The notes beneath the pieces were generated by a model. The model was not told the origin of the DNA. It made no database searches and worked only from the letters and a program-made list of their open reading frames with translations. From assembly GCA_028023455.1 (NCBI GenBank), contig JAQFVV010000005.1, positions 14,322,001 to 14,386,000 on the forward strand: DNA of 64,000 nucleotides, read 5' to 3'. Both the position numbers and the translations under genes were made by a program. Position 1 is the first letter of the stretch; the number at the start of each line of letters is the position of its first letter. The stretch is from Epiperipatus broadwayi (lineage: Eukaryota; Animalia; Onychophora). Of this stretch, positions 51,099-61,626 are shown one piece after another.

Positions 51099-52870
51099 CT
51101 CTAGACTTATCTTTTATTGCTGGTTGTATCAGTGATCATTTGGAGGGTCCCATTAAAAACCAAAATAGTGGAGAGTGCATTCTAAATTAGTACCAAACAT
51201 TGTATGGTAGTTTAACTCAAAAAATTATCAGCATTTGAGCAAATAAATGATAGTTTGAGTACAATGATTTCATCAATTAATTCAAATAAAAATCGATCCA
51301 GGAATCTATAATTTTAAGTCTCCCATTTTGAGAGGATTTAGAAATAAAAATTTTGTATAATATTAAAGTTGTATTAAAAATTTTGAAAAATGCTATTAAG
51401 AAATATATTTTATTATTAACATTATTATTTTTGCCATTTCTTGTATATTTATTAATTTCATTATTTATTTATTTTTAGATTGGAAGTAAACTTCATCTGA
51501 AAAACTTCACTTTTAACACTGTATGATTGTGATTGTACTTAAAACAGAAACAGCAGAACACAATGTACATGCATATTCAATTATGCCATTAAAGTTATGT
51601 CTCTGTCACAAATTTCAATTTAGTTACTACAATTTCATATTAAAACATTACTGATTCCTTTCATTTGTTATATTGCAGATGAAACACTATACTTTGCTTT
51701 CAAAAAACAATTATTCTGACACTGTAGAAAAATGAAAACATATATGGTATATCACATTGATTTGTTTGTATTAGCAATAAATGATATTTAAAAAGCTGCA
51801 TGTCTAAAACTTGTCAAAATTATATATGATTATGACACTGCTTCATAGAAACTTATGACACTTTATTGAGTTTAAAACAATAAATTAACTATCATTAGTA
51901 GGGTATTTATCAGTAGTGGACAATTATTGCCAGGCATTTTTTTAGTTGCAAGAGATTATTTAATAGTCAACTAATCATATTAAAATTTTAAAATAATATT
52001 TAACGATTATGAATTGTTGTTAATATTTAATTTCATTTACTAATACCCTCACCTGTTGTCTGACAGACTTATGGTATATGATCCTCATCTTTTTTAAAGT
52101 TGGTTTTCAGATTTTTAAGAACTTTAACTATATCATCTTTGTATTTGTTTATAGAAGAAATTTAGTTTTTTGTGAAAAATTCACATATACATTTTTTCAT
52201 ATTATCAGTAAAGGCTTTTACAATTAGTAGACAGTATTGACAATTTCACCTCTGCTTTGTCAATAATCTTTTTTTCAAAAATAAGTGTTCTTTTATAATT
52301 CACCATTTCAGTTCACAGCTTTTTTTTTTAATTGTCATGAACTGAATTAAAATATTAAAAAAAAAAGTTGGAAACTTTATGTAATAATTCACTTTAAAGT
52401 CAAATGAGACACATTCACACAACAATCGCATGGACAAATGTATCAAGCACAATGCTATCATATGGGATGACTAGATATTATACTAAAAAATATCCAAGAT
52501 GAGATTCTAATGATTTGTAAATACCAAATACATTATTAAGATAATTCACAAGCTAGATTATTGAAAAATCATTTAAATGATCATGTAAATAATGCCCATT
52601 TTTATCTGAAAATAACAAAGGTGTACATATTGACAAATTTATTTAAATGATTCTTTGAAAATCTAGCTTATGAATTTTCTTAGTAATGTATGTGGGGTTG
52701 TTTGTTCTGTGAATAGGTTTTAAGATGAAATAAAGGCACTTAGTTTGTATTATATTTTCTTCAGAAATTTTACCAAAAACACCCTTTCCTTTATTTTGCT
52801 GTAATATCTTATAAATACAATTTATCCAAACCACTTTGAACATTTTTTAGCAAAATTCTTTATTGTACAT

Positions 52871-52913
52871 ACAACTTACATTTCGATTGTCCTGCAGTCT
52901 TTTTCAGAGCTAT
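52871..52913 (-). ncRNA. Hammerhead ribozyme motif, degenerate (G8>A)
   Basis: atagct CTGAAAA A GACTG cagga CAATC GAA ATGT A agttgt. Stem I is 6 bp with wobbles, stem II has 4/5 pairs and stem III ATGT derives from the palindrome ACGT. Confidence 0.65.
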
Positions 52914-53473
52914 GATATAATGAACAAAATAAAATACATAACTATATAAATAATACCATAAAAAATATGAACAATAAAAAACTAAAAACAACATAAAATA
53001 TATAACAATACGTAATTAAACAAATAAATATAATGAAACCCAAATAAAATAATCCAGTTAATATAAAATAAAATATATAATATAAATACAAAATAGAAAA
53101 AAAATATAAATTATACATGTGTATTCCTAACTGTATACATACATATTCAAGAACAACTTAATCTAAATATATTGTTCATTTTTAGTAATCTCCCAATTAC
53201 TTTTATTTCTTATAAACTTAAACTTTATTCTTATTAGTTGTTCTTGAATATATATGTATACAGTTAGGAATACACAAGTATAATTTATTTTCTATTTTGT
53301 ATTTATATTATATATTTTATTTTATATTAACTAGATTATTTTATTTGGGTTTGATTATGTTTATTTCTATTTAATCATGTATTATTATATACTTTATGTT
53401 GTTTTTAGTTTTTTATTGTTTACATTTTTTACGGTATTTATATAGTTATGTATTTTATTTTGTTCATTATATC

Positions 53474-53516
53474 ATAGCTCTGAAGAAGACTTCAGAGCAG
53501 TTGAAATGTAAGATTT
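53474..53516 (+). ncRNA. Hammerhead ribozyme motif with intact core and weakened stems
   Basis: atagct CTGAAGA A GACT tcagagc AGTT GAA ATGT A agattt. Confidence 0.65.
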
Positions 53517-55199
53517 TGCTAAAAAGTGTTCAAAGTGATTTGGATAAACTATATTTTCTTCTCAAATTTTAAACTAATTGTCAGAAAAGTTAATCCTAGT
53601 TATATAATTCTTGGGCAAAATGGCTGCCAATTGTAAGTCTAGTAGTTGAGAAATAAATTAATTTTCTCTTATAATTTTAATTTTCTCATAAATTTTAGCT
53701 CTTAACTAATTCCAAATTCAATAACAATAAAATTACATAACTTGAGATGTAAAATTGTTTGATTTCTGATTCTATTTTAAAATAATAAAAAATTGCTCTG
53801 AAGATGTAACAAATCTTATGGAAATGTTTGGTTTAAAAAAATAAAGATAAAAAGTAACAAAATAAAAAAAAACTTCTTCAATTTTTTATCTTGGTAAATA
53901 AATAAATTTATAAAATTATCTTGTAATCTATCCTTTGGGTGTATATGTGTATGTTTTTGCCTTTTTGTTTTGTTGTGTAGAATTTTGACATTTTTTTTTT
54001 ATTACTGATCAGGATGATGGAATTGTATCTTTATAACAGATCAAATCCAGACTAAACTAGATATGATTTCAGAGAATAATTTCTAAAAGTAAAATGTTTT
54101 TAGATAGCACCAGTTTAGGAACAAAATCAAGATTTTTCTCTAATACTCTGAACCATTCATGGCTCCAATTATTTCATTCTATTCTATTATGAATAGTATA
54201 TTTACATCTTATAAACTCTGGTCTTTGTTATATTATCTACCGTGTGATCATTCTGTCATTTTTAAATCATCTGTACTTTTTTTTGTATTGATCTTTTATT
54301 TTATAGCAGATAATAGCTCTTTGCCTTGATGTTATTTACAAGATGAGAATTACATGATATATTTTATAAATAACTCCTTTTATTCTCATTTTTTTCATTC
54401 TTTACAGAACCAAAACCTTTTCTCAGGTTTATTTTTTTATGATATTGTATGACCACTTCATTTTCAGTTATGGTATTCAGATTATTGCATATCAAGTGAT
54501 CCAATCAAGAAATCTGATTATCCTCAATTTTTTTTTTCAAATTTGACTTTTCAAATGGATGACCAGAGATAGTAAAAAATCCAAATTTTTATCTGATGTA
54601 GTTTTAAAATGTTCAACTCATTGACAATTCCAAAAAATCATAATTTTAAGCTCATATGCAATTATGAAAGGAATAATTATTCAAGCTAGAATTAAGATAA
54701 AAAGCTATAGAAAGTTCCAAATTGTTGCTTATTTTAGAAGTTTTCTTGTTATATATAGCAATGATAGTTTTTAATTTCAATGATTTTTCATAAAGTTTTT
54801 GATCTTGAATTTCTCAAAAACCTAGATTTTAAAAATTTTGGGGAAAAAAAACCTTCAGAAATATTTATATTGCTATCAGTTGTCAAAAGTTTCAATGTGT
54901 AATCTCAAAGGGATTATATTTTGTTATTTTCAAAAAACACACACAGAAAACCCATATATATAAACAGTAAATCAAAATTTTAATTCGCTTTCATTTTAAA
55001 ATGAAGAATTATGGCAAAGTAAGCAAAACAAGTTAACTAGAAGGAGTGAGGGAAGTTTAAGAACACAACAAAAATCGATATAACATCCTTATAATAACTT
55101 ATATTTTTGTCTATATAACTTTTGTCCAAAATATTTTTTAACACAGAAAAATCTTAAATAATTGTGTATCTTTATGTATACATAAGTCATTCTATGTGA

Positions 55200-55830
55200 A
55201 CAACTTCAACTCCCCTTTGCAAGATAATTTTGAAGAACTGTAATTGCTGCATCCATTTCTTATTAGTTAAGTGCAACCAGTGGTACACTTGAGTTTTATT
55301 AATGTAAGAATTTGGAACATAGACACTTCAAATTTATCATTAATGTCCTTCCTGTATATACAAAGAAAGGTGCAAGACTTTTAGGATGGAAGAATTTCAC
55401 TTCACTCATTTTAGCCTAAATTACTTTCAAGCTCCCAATTATTATTGTACTCAACCTATATTTTTTATTTTTGTTAATTTAAGAATTTGTCTTAAAGCTT
55501 CTGACAAAGAAAATATATAATTCTTCACTCTTTGAAAGTACTATCAATAATAATCTTATACAAGAAGAAAACTGGAACTTTTTGGTATTGGTTTATATCC
55601 AAGAAACACTTTTCAAGCATTTTTTTCTATTTTATACGTTGTTCTTCATTGAAGAAAAATGAAATCCAAGGTCAATATTGAAAGTACAAGTTATCATAGT
55701 TTGCTCTTCATAAGGTTCCTAGAGACTTAAACGTTTCCTGCTGGCCTCTTCATATCTTGCCTCAGACCTCATGTTTCTTTTATCATAAGCTCTTGCATAG
55801 AAATACCACTAAGTCTTGGTTCCCAAATCA
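55200..55830 (-). mobile_element. Coding-like remnant, possibly the C-terminus of a DNA-transposon protein
   Basis: The minus strand gives WYFYARAYDKRNMRSEARYEEASRKRLSL and EVKFFHPKSLAPFF. The latter recalls 'V.FLHP.GPS.SF' motifs of transposon-associated proteins (recalled, not searched). Confidence 0.3.
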
Positions 55831-57059
55831 TTTTTGTGTTGACATATTAGAAGTTTTTTTTTGTTTTGTTTTAAACTAAGCAGAAAAACCAGAAAAATAG
55901 CACATTTTTTTCATATCTGGATAATATTTATAAGAATAAAATAAAAATATGATCCTTTCATGATTCTGTAATAACAATTTTTATTTCACCCTTACTTTGC
56001 AATTACTAATACGCTAAAATTAATTGCGTTACGGTGAAACTTTTAAGTTTATTAATTAGTAGGATTTTTTTAATCTATTCTATCTTTTAGACTTAGCGCT
56101 TTCAGAGCCCTTGCAGCTCCATATTCATAGTCCTTTTCATATTGTTAACAATATGCAAATTGCTTATATCATCCATTTTTTCGAAATCGCAAAGCACGTA
56201 TTCCACAAATAATGCCAAGATATGTGTTTGTAAGTTTTATTTTAAAAAAATAACTTTGTGAGAAGTTCATATTCAAAAACTTGAATAAATAACATTGAAA
56301 TTAAAAACTAAAAAAATATTAAAGGTGTTATGTATCATATGAAAGCTCAAGAAATAAGCTCCAATTTGGCACTTTCTGTAGCCTTCTAGCTTGGACTGAT
56401 CATTCCTTGTGTAATTGCACATGAATATAAAATTGTGATTTTTGTGAAGATTTTAAAAGAATTGTTATTTTAAAACTATATCAGATAAAAGTTTTGATTT
56501 TTTATTCTCTTGTATGTTCATTTGATGAGACAACTTTGAAATAAATCCAAAGTGATCGCATTCAAGATTTTTAAAATATTGGATCATTTTATTTGTTCCA
56601 AAATCTGCGCTATTAATGCAATAAACAGCATTACAGAAATTAATCTCTGTAGCTAAGATAAGTAATGAAATATGATAGAATTAGGCTCATAGTATATTTT
56701 GATTCTTTTATAAAAATCGTAATGAATATACTCATAATTTATTATGAATACATTGCTAAGAAATGTATGAGATAAATTCCTATGAAAAAGAAAAAGTTAT
56801 GGAAGTTGAAAATGTATAGTAAGAAAAACAGGGTTAATATGTGTAATAATAGTAAAGGAAGTAAGTTATTGATTAAGGATTAATTGAGAAGTTTAAAGGC
56901 AAAGATGTAAGGAAATTGAGGAAAAAATTAGATTTATTATATATGTGTGTGGGTAAAAAAATATAAGTTTAAATAAAGTAGAGAAGTAAAGTAAAACTAT
57001 AATATATATATTCATTAACAGGCACTCATAAATTGCAGAAAGATTAAAAATTTAAACAT

Positions 57060-58720
57060 TGTTTTCATAGTGACCATTATGGAAACTGAATAATGGAACA
57101 TAAATGTTAGTTTTTACAGTTTATTTAAAATTTAATTTCTGCAGCAAATTTAATTTTTCAGAAGACTAACACTTCCATTGATTAGAGATCTTTTGTATTA
57201 TCTTCAGCTACATTTTTCTGGTAAAAGCTGTGAATATTATTCTCTATTGTAATATGTTTGAATAATTCTTACAAATGAAGTTTACCTCTCTGCAAAATAT
57301 TCTCAGATCCACAAAAATACTTTTTTAGTAAGTTTGATGTAATATGATTCACGTGCTTGATCCAATAATATGACTAAAATAATAGATTACCTTATCTTGC
57401 AAACTGAATTGCATATCAGTTGTTTTTATAATCTTGCTATCATATTTCTAGAATCTTACAGAATATCCTTCAATCAATTTTTTTTAGTGCATTTATGTTA
57501 TGTTAATAGGGGGTCCATGTTCTACTTTTCATAAAATAAATTTGACAAAATAATAGCTTGTATGCAATTCATTTAATTGCGATATTTATATCACTGATAA
57601 AATAGTGCATTTTTTTAATAGCAGCAGCAGCACATTGTAGTCTGTGTTACACCTCAACAACCACCTAAAAAGCAATTGAAATTTGTTCACATCTTTGATT
57701 TGACAACCAAGGCAAAAAAGCTGTTAACATTTTTTCTATCAATGACTGAAAAATGTTTGGGTTTTTTTTAACATTAAGTACATCCTGTAGATCTTATTGT
57801 AAATTAATAAGAATATCACAGTCAGCAGTATACTGCAAATGCAAAAGTCAAGAAGATAGAATTTTTGTTTTTAATTGATTCAAATTCTAAATTCTGCCAC
57901 CGGGCTTATATATATATATATTATGATTCCTGCTTCAGAGAACTATCGATTATTCCAAAGATCGGCTCTATAAAAATGAGATTGGAGCTACTACACTTAT
58001 TGTCTAACACTTATTTCAAATGTTTCAGATTTTTTTTCTCATTCCATCAATTAGAATCTGCATAATATAAAGAAATTTCAGTGGATAATTGACAAGTTTC
58101 ACACAATGCCACAAACCTTTTTTGATTAATTGCATCAACTAACTTGACTGAATGACTAATGTTTTGTAAAAATTGGATCTGTGTTCCGGACATATTTTTT
58201 GTAATGTCTTGCAGCAAAAACTTGAATAATGCTCCTTGGTTCTTCAAACCCACATGCAATCTTCGATTAAAAACATTCAGCAAAGTATTAAAAAATACAT
58301 TTGTTGCAGTAGATGATAATTACTGCAGTTTTTTCTATTATCATTATTTTTATACATTAATATAATAAAAGATCCTAAGAACAGAAGGCGGAATCATTAT
58401 AATCCATATATTTGTAAAATATTGTAATTAACATCTCGCTGTCGTGATATTTTTATTAATTACTTTTGTTGATGTTTTTAAAAAACATTTTTTCAATATA
58501 TTATAATTGTATTATAGGTATGAAAAAGTCTGTATATATAATGAATGTTATATGCTATTTGTAAATCTTGATGTCAGTAACTAACATAGAATAAAATGTC
58601 ATGGATAATATCATTAAAAATCATCACTTCAATTGTTACATCATTATCCAAAAGATAGTCAAAATATTTCTTTACTTATTTGAAATATCATTAGTATAAA
58701 AGAGCTTCATTTATAGATTT
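57060..58720 (-). mobile_element. Degenerate RTE/BovB-like LINE, third copy
   Basis: Homologous by eye to 38.5-39.6 kb (gcagcagca..cattg, ttttaatt.attcaaatt, tggata.tatcattaaaa). Order of decayed motifs fits an RTE RT. Confidence 0.7.
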
Positions 58721-58958
58721 AAAAGATTATGTGAAGGGCTGATTATATTGATAAAAACAATTTGGTAGAATTTTGCTTAGGATACGTGAAAAATAAATCA
58801 ATTAGGAATAAACTAGGGGAAAAAATGAAAATAATTTTGCAACATGGCAGGGAAAGAAGAAAGAGAAGAAAAATAGAATTGTGTGAGTAATGTGTTATAT
58901 TGAGGATTTTGAATAAAATATAAATACATAATAACCCAACTCTAGTTTCACCATTTGC

Positions 58959-59857
58959 CTGAAGGTTTTCTGATGATGTATTAAATGTGATAATATGTTG
59001 GACTATTTCCATCATCTATTGGTAAATGTTGAATGTATAGAAAACTAAGCTTTATTTAAACTTTTCAAATACAAACAACTTGTTAGTAATAACACACAAA
59101 TAGACAACACAGGTTAGTAATGACACAGTGTTTCAAATAATATTCTCCATTCTTCAAGTGTTGCTGGCCTGACCAGTGACAGAATTCACATAGGAGTCAA
59201 ACTCATACCTTTAGATTCTCAAATATAAAATTTAGGACAAACACTCGAACCAATTGAGCTACTCTGTCAAAAACAGACAGTAGAAATTTTATATATTTAT
59301 ATATGAAGGTTGGTTCAAATCCTACTGAGCCCCACAATTTTTTTTTATAATTAGAGGATTTTTTTTAAAGAACAAGGTTAATTAATTAGAGACTTCCATA
59401 CATTGTGTATAGCACAAGGGTTGACTTATAGGATTATTTGCCATTGTCCTAGGGGCAGTTTCCTTAAATTTTCTTCTTAGCATCTTTTCCTCTCTATCCA
59501 ATATCTTTGTAATTTTCCAATTAAAATAGTCATTAGTAAATACATGGTCTGCTACTATAGACACATGTTTTTATCTCTTTTAACCATTAATATGTGTTCT
59601 TTCCATTGCTTTTCAACAAAGTGACAGATTCACCAATATATTTCCTTTCACATTCACATGGTATTTAATAAATGCAGTTTTTGTTCTTCAGCATTTCCAG
59701 TTTAGGCTTGGTAGAAGTAAGAATTCCTCAAAGTATGGTATGGCTTTTAAAAGCTGTTCTAATGTTACTGTTTATATTTGAAAAGTTTAAATAAAGTTTA
59801 AAATTTTCTATACATTCAACATTTACTGATAGATGATGGAAATAGTCCAACATGTCA
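58959..59857 (-). mobile_element. Penelope-like remnant: GIY-YIG endonuclease fragment flanked by inverted copies of a terminal repeat
   Basis: The minus strand gives NCIY*IPCECERKYIGES and ORF 59382-59564 SIVADHVFTNDYFNWKITKILDREEKMLRRKFKE. The repeat at about 58997-59071 is inverted at 59775-59857. Confidence 0.82.
59181..59268 (-). mobile_element. tRNA-like (SINE head or tRNA pseudogene) relic
   Basis: The minus strand reads GACAGAGTAGCTCAATTGGTTCGAG (A box) ... GAGTTTGACTCCT (B-box-like); no complete cloverleaf. Confidence 0.5.
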
Positions 59858-60207
59858 TATCTAGCAGTTATTAATTTTTTTATAGATGATTATTTTTTGT
59901 TTAATGATTGCTTTTCAGCTATAAATCATGATCCACATTATCACTCAAACATTTTATGAATTCTTGAGCCATAAATCACTTGATTTTTTTCTAATTATTG
60001 AAATTATAAAATAAAATAAAAATTCATATAACTTTACAATACTAGCCAAAAAAACAAAATTTTACTCAAATTCTTCCACAACCATGGTTTCTTATATAAA
60101 GGATGTGGTAGATTTAGTATTATTTATGAACCATGTTTTCACCTATTAACAAACTGAATAGACCTTTTTAAATGAAATTCAACTAAATATGCTACATGTA
60201 TTTATAC

Positions 60208-60384
60208 AAAACAAAATAGTTTTCCCATCATTCATTTCAAAAACCAACTTTCTTTAATATCAAAGGATGTTTCCATAAGATTGATGGCCTCAGATTCAAA
60301 CAATTTTCTCAATTTCATAAAGACATCCTTTGATATTAAAGGAAAAAGTTGGTTTTTGAAGTAAATAGTGGGAAGACTATTTTG

Positions 60385-60387
<3 letters not shown>
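60208..60387. repeat. Fold-back with about 65-bp arms and about 48-nt loop
   Basis: ttcaaaaaccaactttctttaatatcaaaggatgt vs acatcctttgatattaaaggaaaaagttggtttttgaa. Confidence 0.88.

Positions 60388-60388
<1 letters not shown>

Positions 60389-60452
<64 letters not shown>
60389..60452. repeat. (AT)32 microsatellite
   Basis: Perfect 64-bp AT dinucleotide run. Confidence 0.97.
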
Positions 60453-60455
<3 letters not shown>

Positions 60456-60545
60456 AAAACAGACATACACAGCAAGCTAGAGTAATCAGTGGATGCCAGA
60501 AGGCTTGTGCATAAAATCCCCATCTAGTGCCTACTCATCCAATAT

Positions 60546-60585
60546 CCCCAGACTAGTTTCTGGCTTATGGCCTTCATCAGTGAGA
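60546..60585 (-). ncRNA. Minimal type-I hammerhead ribozyme motif; most complete copy in the window
   Basis: tctca CTGATGA A GGC cataa GCC A GAA ACTAGT C tgggg. Stem I is 5 bp (2 G-U), the core is intact, stem III is the palindrome ACTAGT and the triplet is GUC. An A-A apposition sits at the base of stem II. Confidence 0.8.
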
Positions 60586-60818
60586 AGCCGTGGATATGAG
60601 AGCACTTCACCTAGATCTTAGGATCTAATGCAACTCTCCAGCAGCCACCTTTTATCTCCACTTAACTACTAAACTATGTCTTAAACTGAAAACACCTTAA
60701 TGTCTTCAATCCAAGCCCATTAGCTTATATAGCCATATGAGTCTGAACTCAGTTCAGCACCTATACATTTTGGTGTCTGGTTCTTTAATAACCATAGCCA
60801 CCACTATCCTATTAGGCT

Positions 60819-60855
60819 CCTCACTGATGAAGGCCACAAGCCAGAAACTTCTGGG
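60819..60855 (+). ncRNA. Hammerhead motif, sister copy with a 2-nt deletion in stem III
   Basis: cctca CTGATGA A GGC cacaa GCC A GAA ACT--T C tggg. Confidence 0.65.
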
Positions 60856-61248
60856 ATATTGGATGAGTAGGCACTAGATGGGGATTTTATGCACAAGCCT
60901 TCTGACATCCATTGATTACTCTAGCTTGCTATGTGTGGCAATACGTATAGTGTTTTCCTGTTTTAACAACAGTTATACACAAGCATAAGAAGTGGTGGTC
61001 ATGTGATATATATATATGTTGTATGTTTAGTTGAATTCCACTTAAAAAGGTCTATTTGTTAATAGATGAAACCATGGTTGTGGGAGAATTTTAGTAAAAT
61101 TTTGTTTTTTGGCTTACATTGTAATGTTAAATGAATTTCTATTTTATTTATAATTACTAATATGGTATTAAGCAGCATTTAAATTGTCTTATGTATTTAT
61201 TAGTTATAAAGTGAATGTAATTGAGATTCTTGAATCAAAAGATTAATC

Positions 61249-61626
61249 CAGGGGTCCCCAAAGGCACCGCAGACCATTTTACATGTGCCTGCCGCTATCC
61301 GAACACGATAAAAAATTATTTATCTGATACAAATAAATTTAATTTTTAAAATTTCTTATAAATTATTGTATTATATTGTAATCAAATTGTAGGGCATACT
61401 ATACTTTTACAGCATAAAAATATAAATGTTAATTATATGTTAAAATTTTATTTTTGAAATAAATATTTTTTTGTACATTATGTGTATTATTAACAATATC
61501 CAACTATAAATTTACATTGAAAAAATAAATGATGCCCACCATCTGGTTGAAAAAAATAAATGGTGCCCGCCACCTGGCTGGTATTATAGAATGTGCTCTT
61601 AAGTGCAAAAAGATTGGGGACCCCTG
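61249..61626 (-). mobile_element. hAT MITE, second copy (opposite orientation to 50731)
   Basis: TIRs caggggtcccca / tggggacccctg; 8-bp TSD gattaatc at 61241-61248 and 61627-61634. It has an internal duplication of about 30 bp and a short subterminal deletion. Confidence 0.93.

Larger units (their letters stand above)
52821..53548. repeat. Large fold-back (about 340-bp arms, 77-nt loop) with a hammerhead motif in each arm
   Basis: 52821-53158 is the reverse complement of 53236-53548 with scattered mismatches and one indel. Confidence 0.93.
60452..60968. mobile_element. Fold-back element (about 125-bp GC-richer arms, 60467-60589 / 60815-60937) with hammerhead motifs; probable Penelope-type terminal repeats
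   Basis: The arms are near-perfect reverse complements and each contains ctgatgaaggcca(c/t)aagccagaaact. Confidence 0.85.
59996..61161. repeat. Nested inverted-repeat complex: outer arms about 59996-60192 / 61020-61161 enclosing two hairpins and (AT)32
   Basis: caaaattttactcaaattcttccacaaccatggtttc vs gaaaccatggttgtgggagaattttagtaaaattttg, and gacctttttaaatgaaattcaactaaa vs tttagttgaattccacttaaaaaggtc. Confidence 0.85.

Noticed and set aside
53791-53835. CTGAAGA T GTAA-caaatc-TTAT G GAAA TGTT motif as a functional ribozyme
   Set aside because: The core and a weak stem II are present but stem I cannot form; at most a relic.
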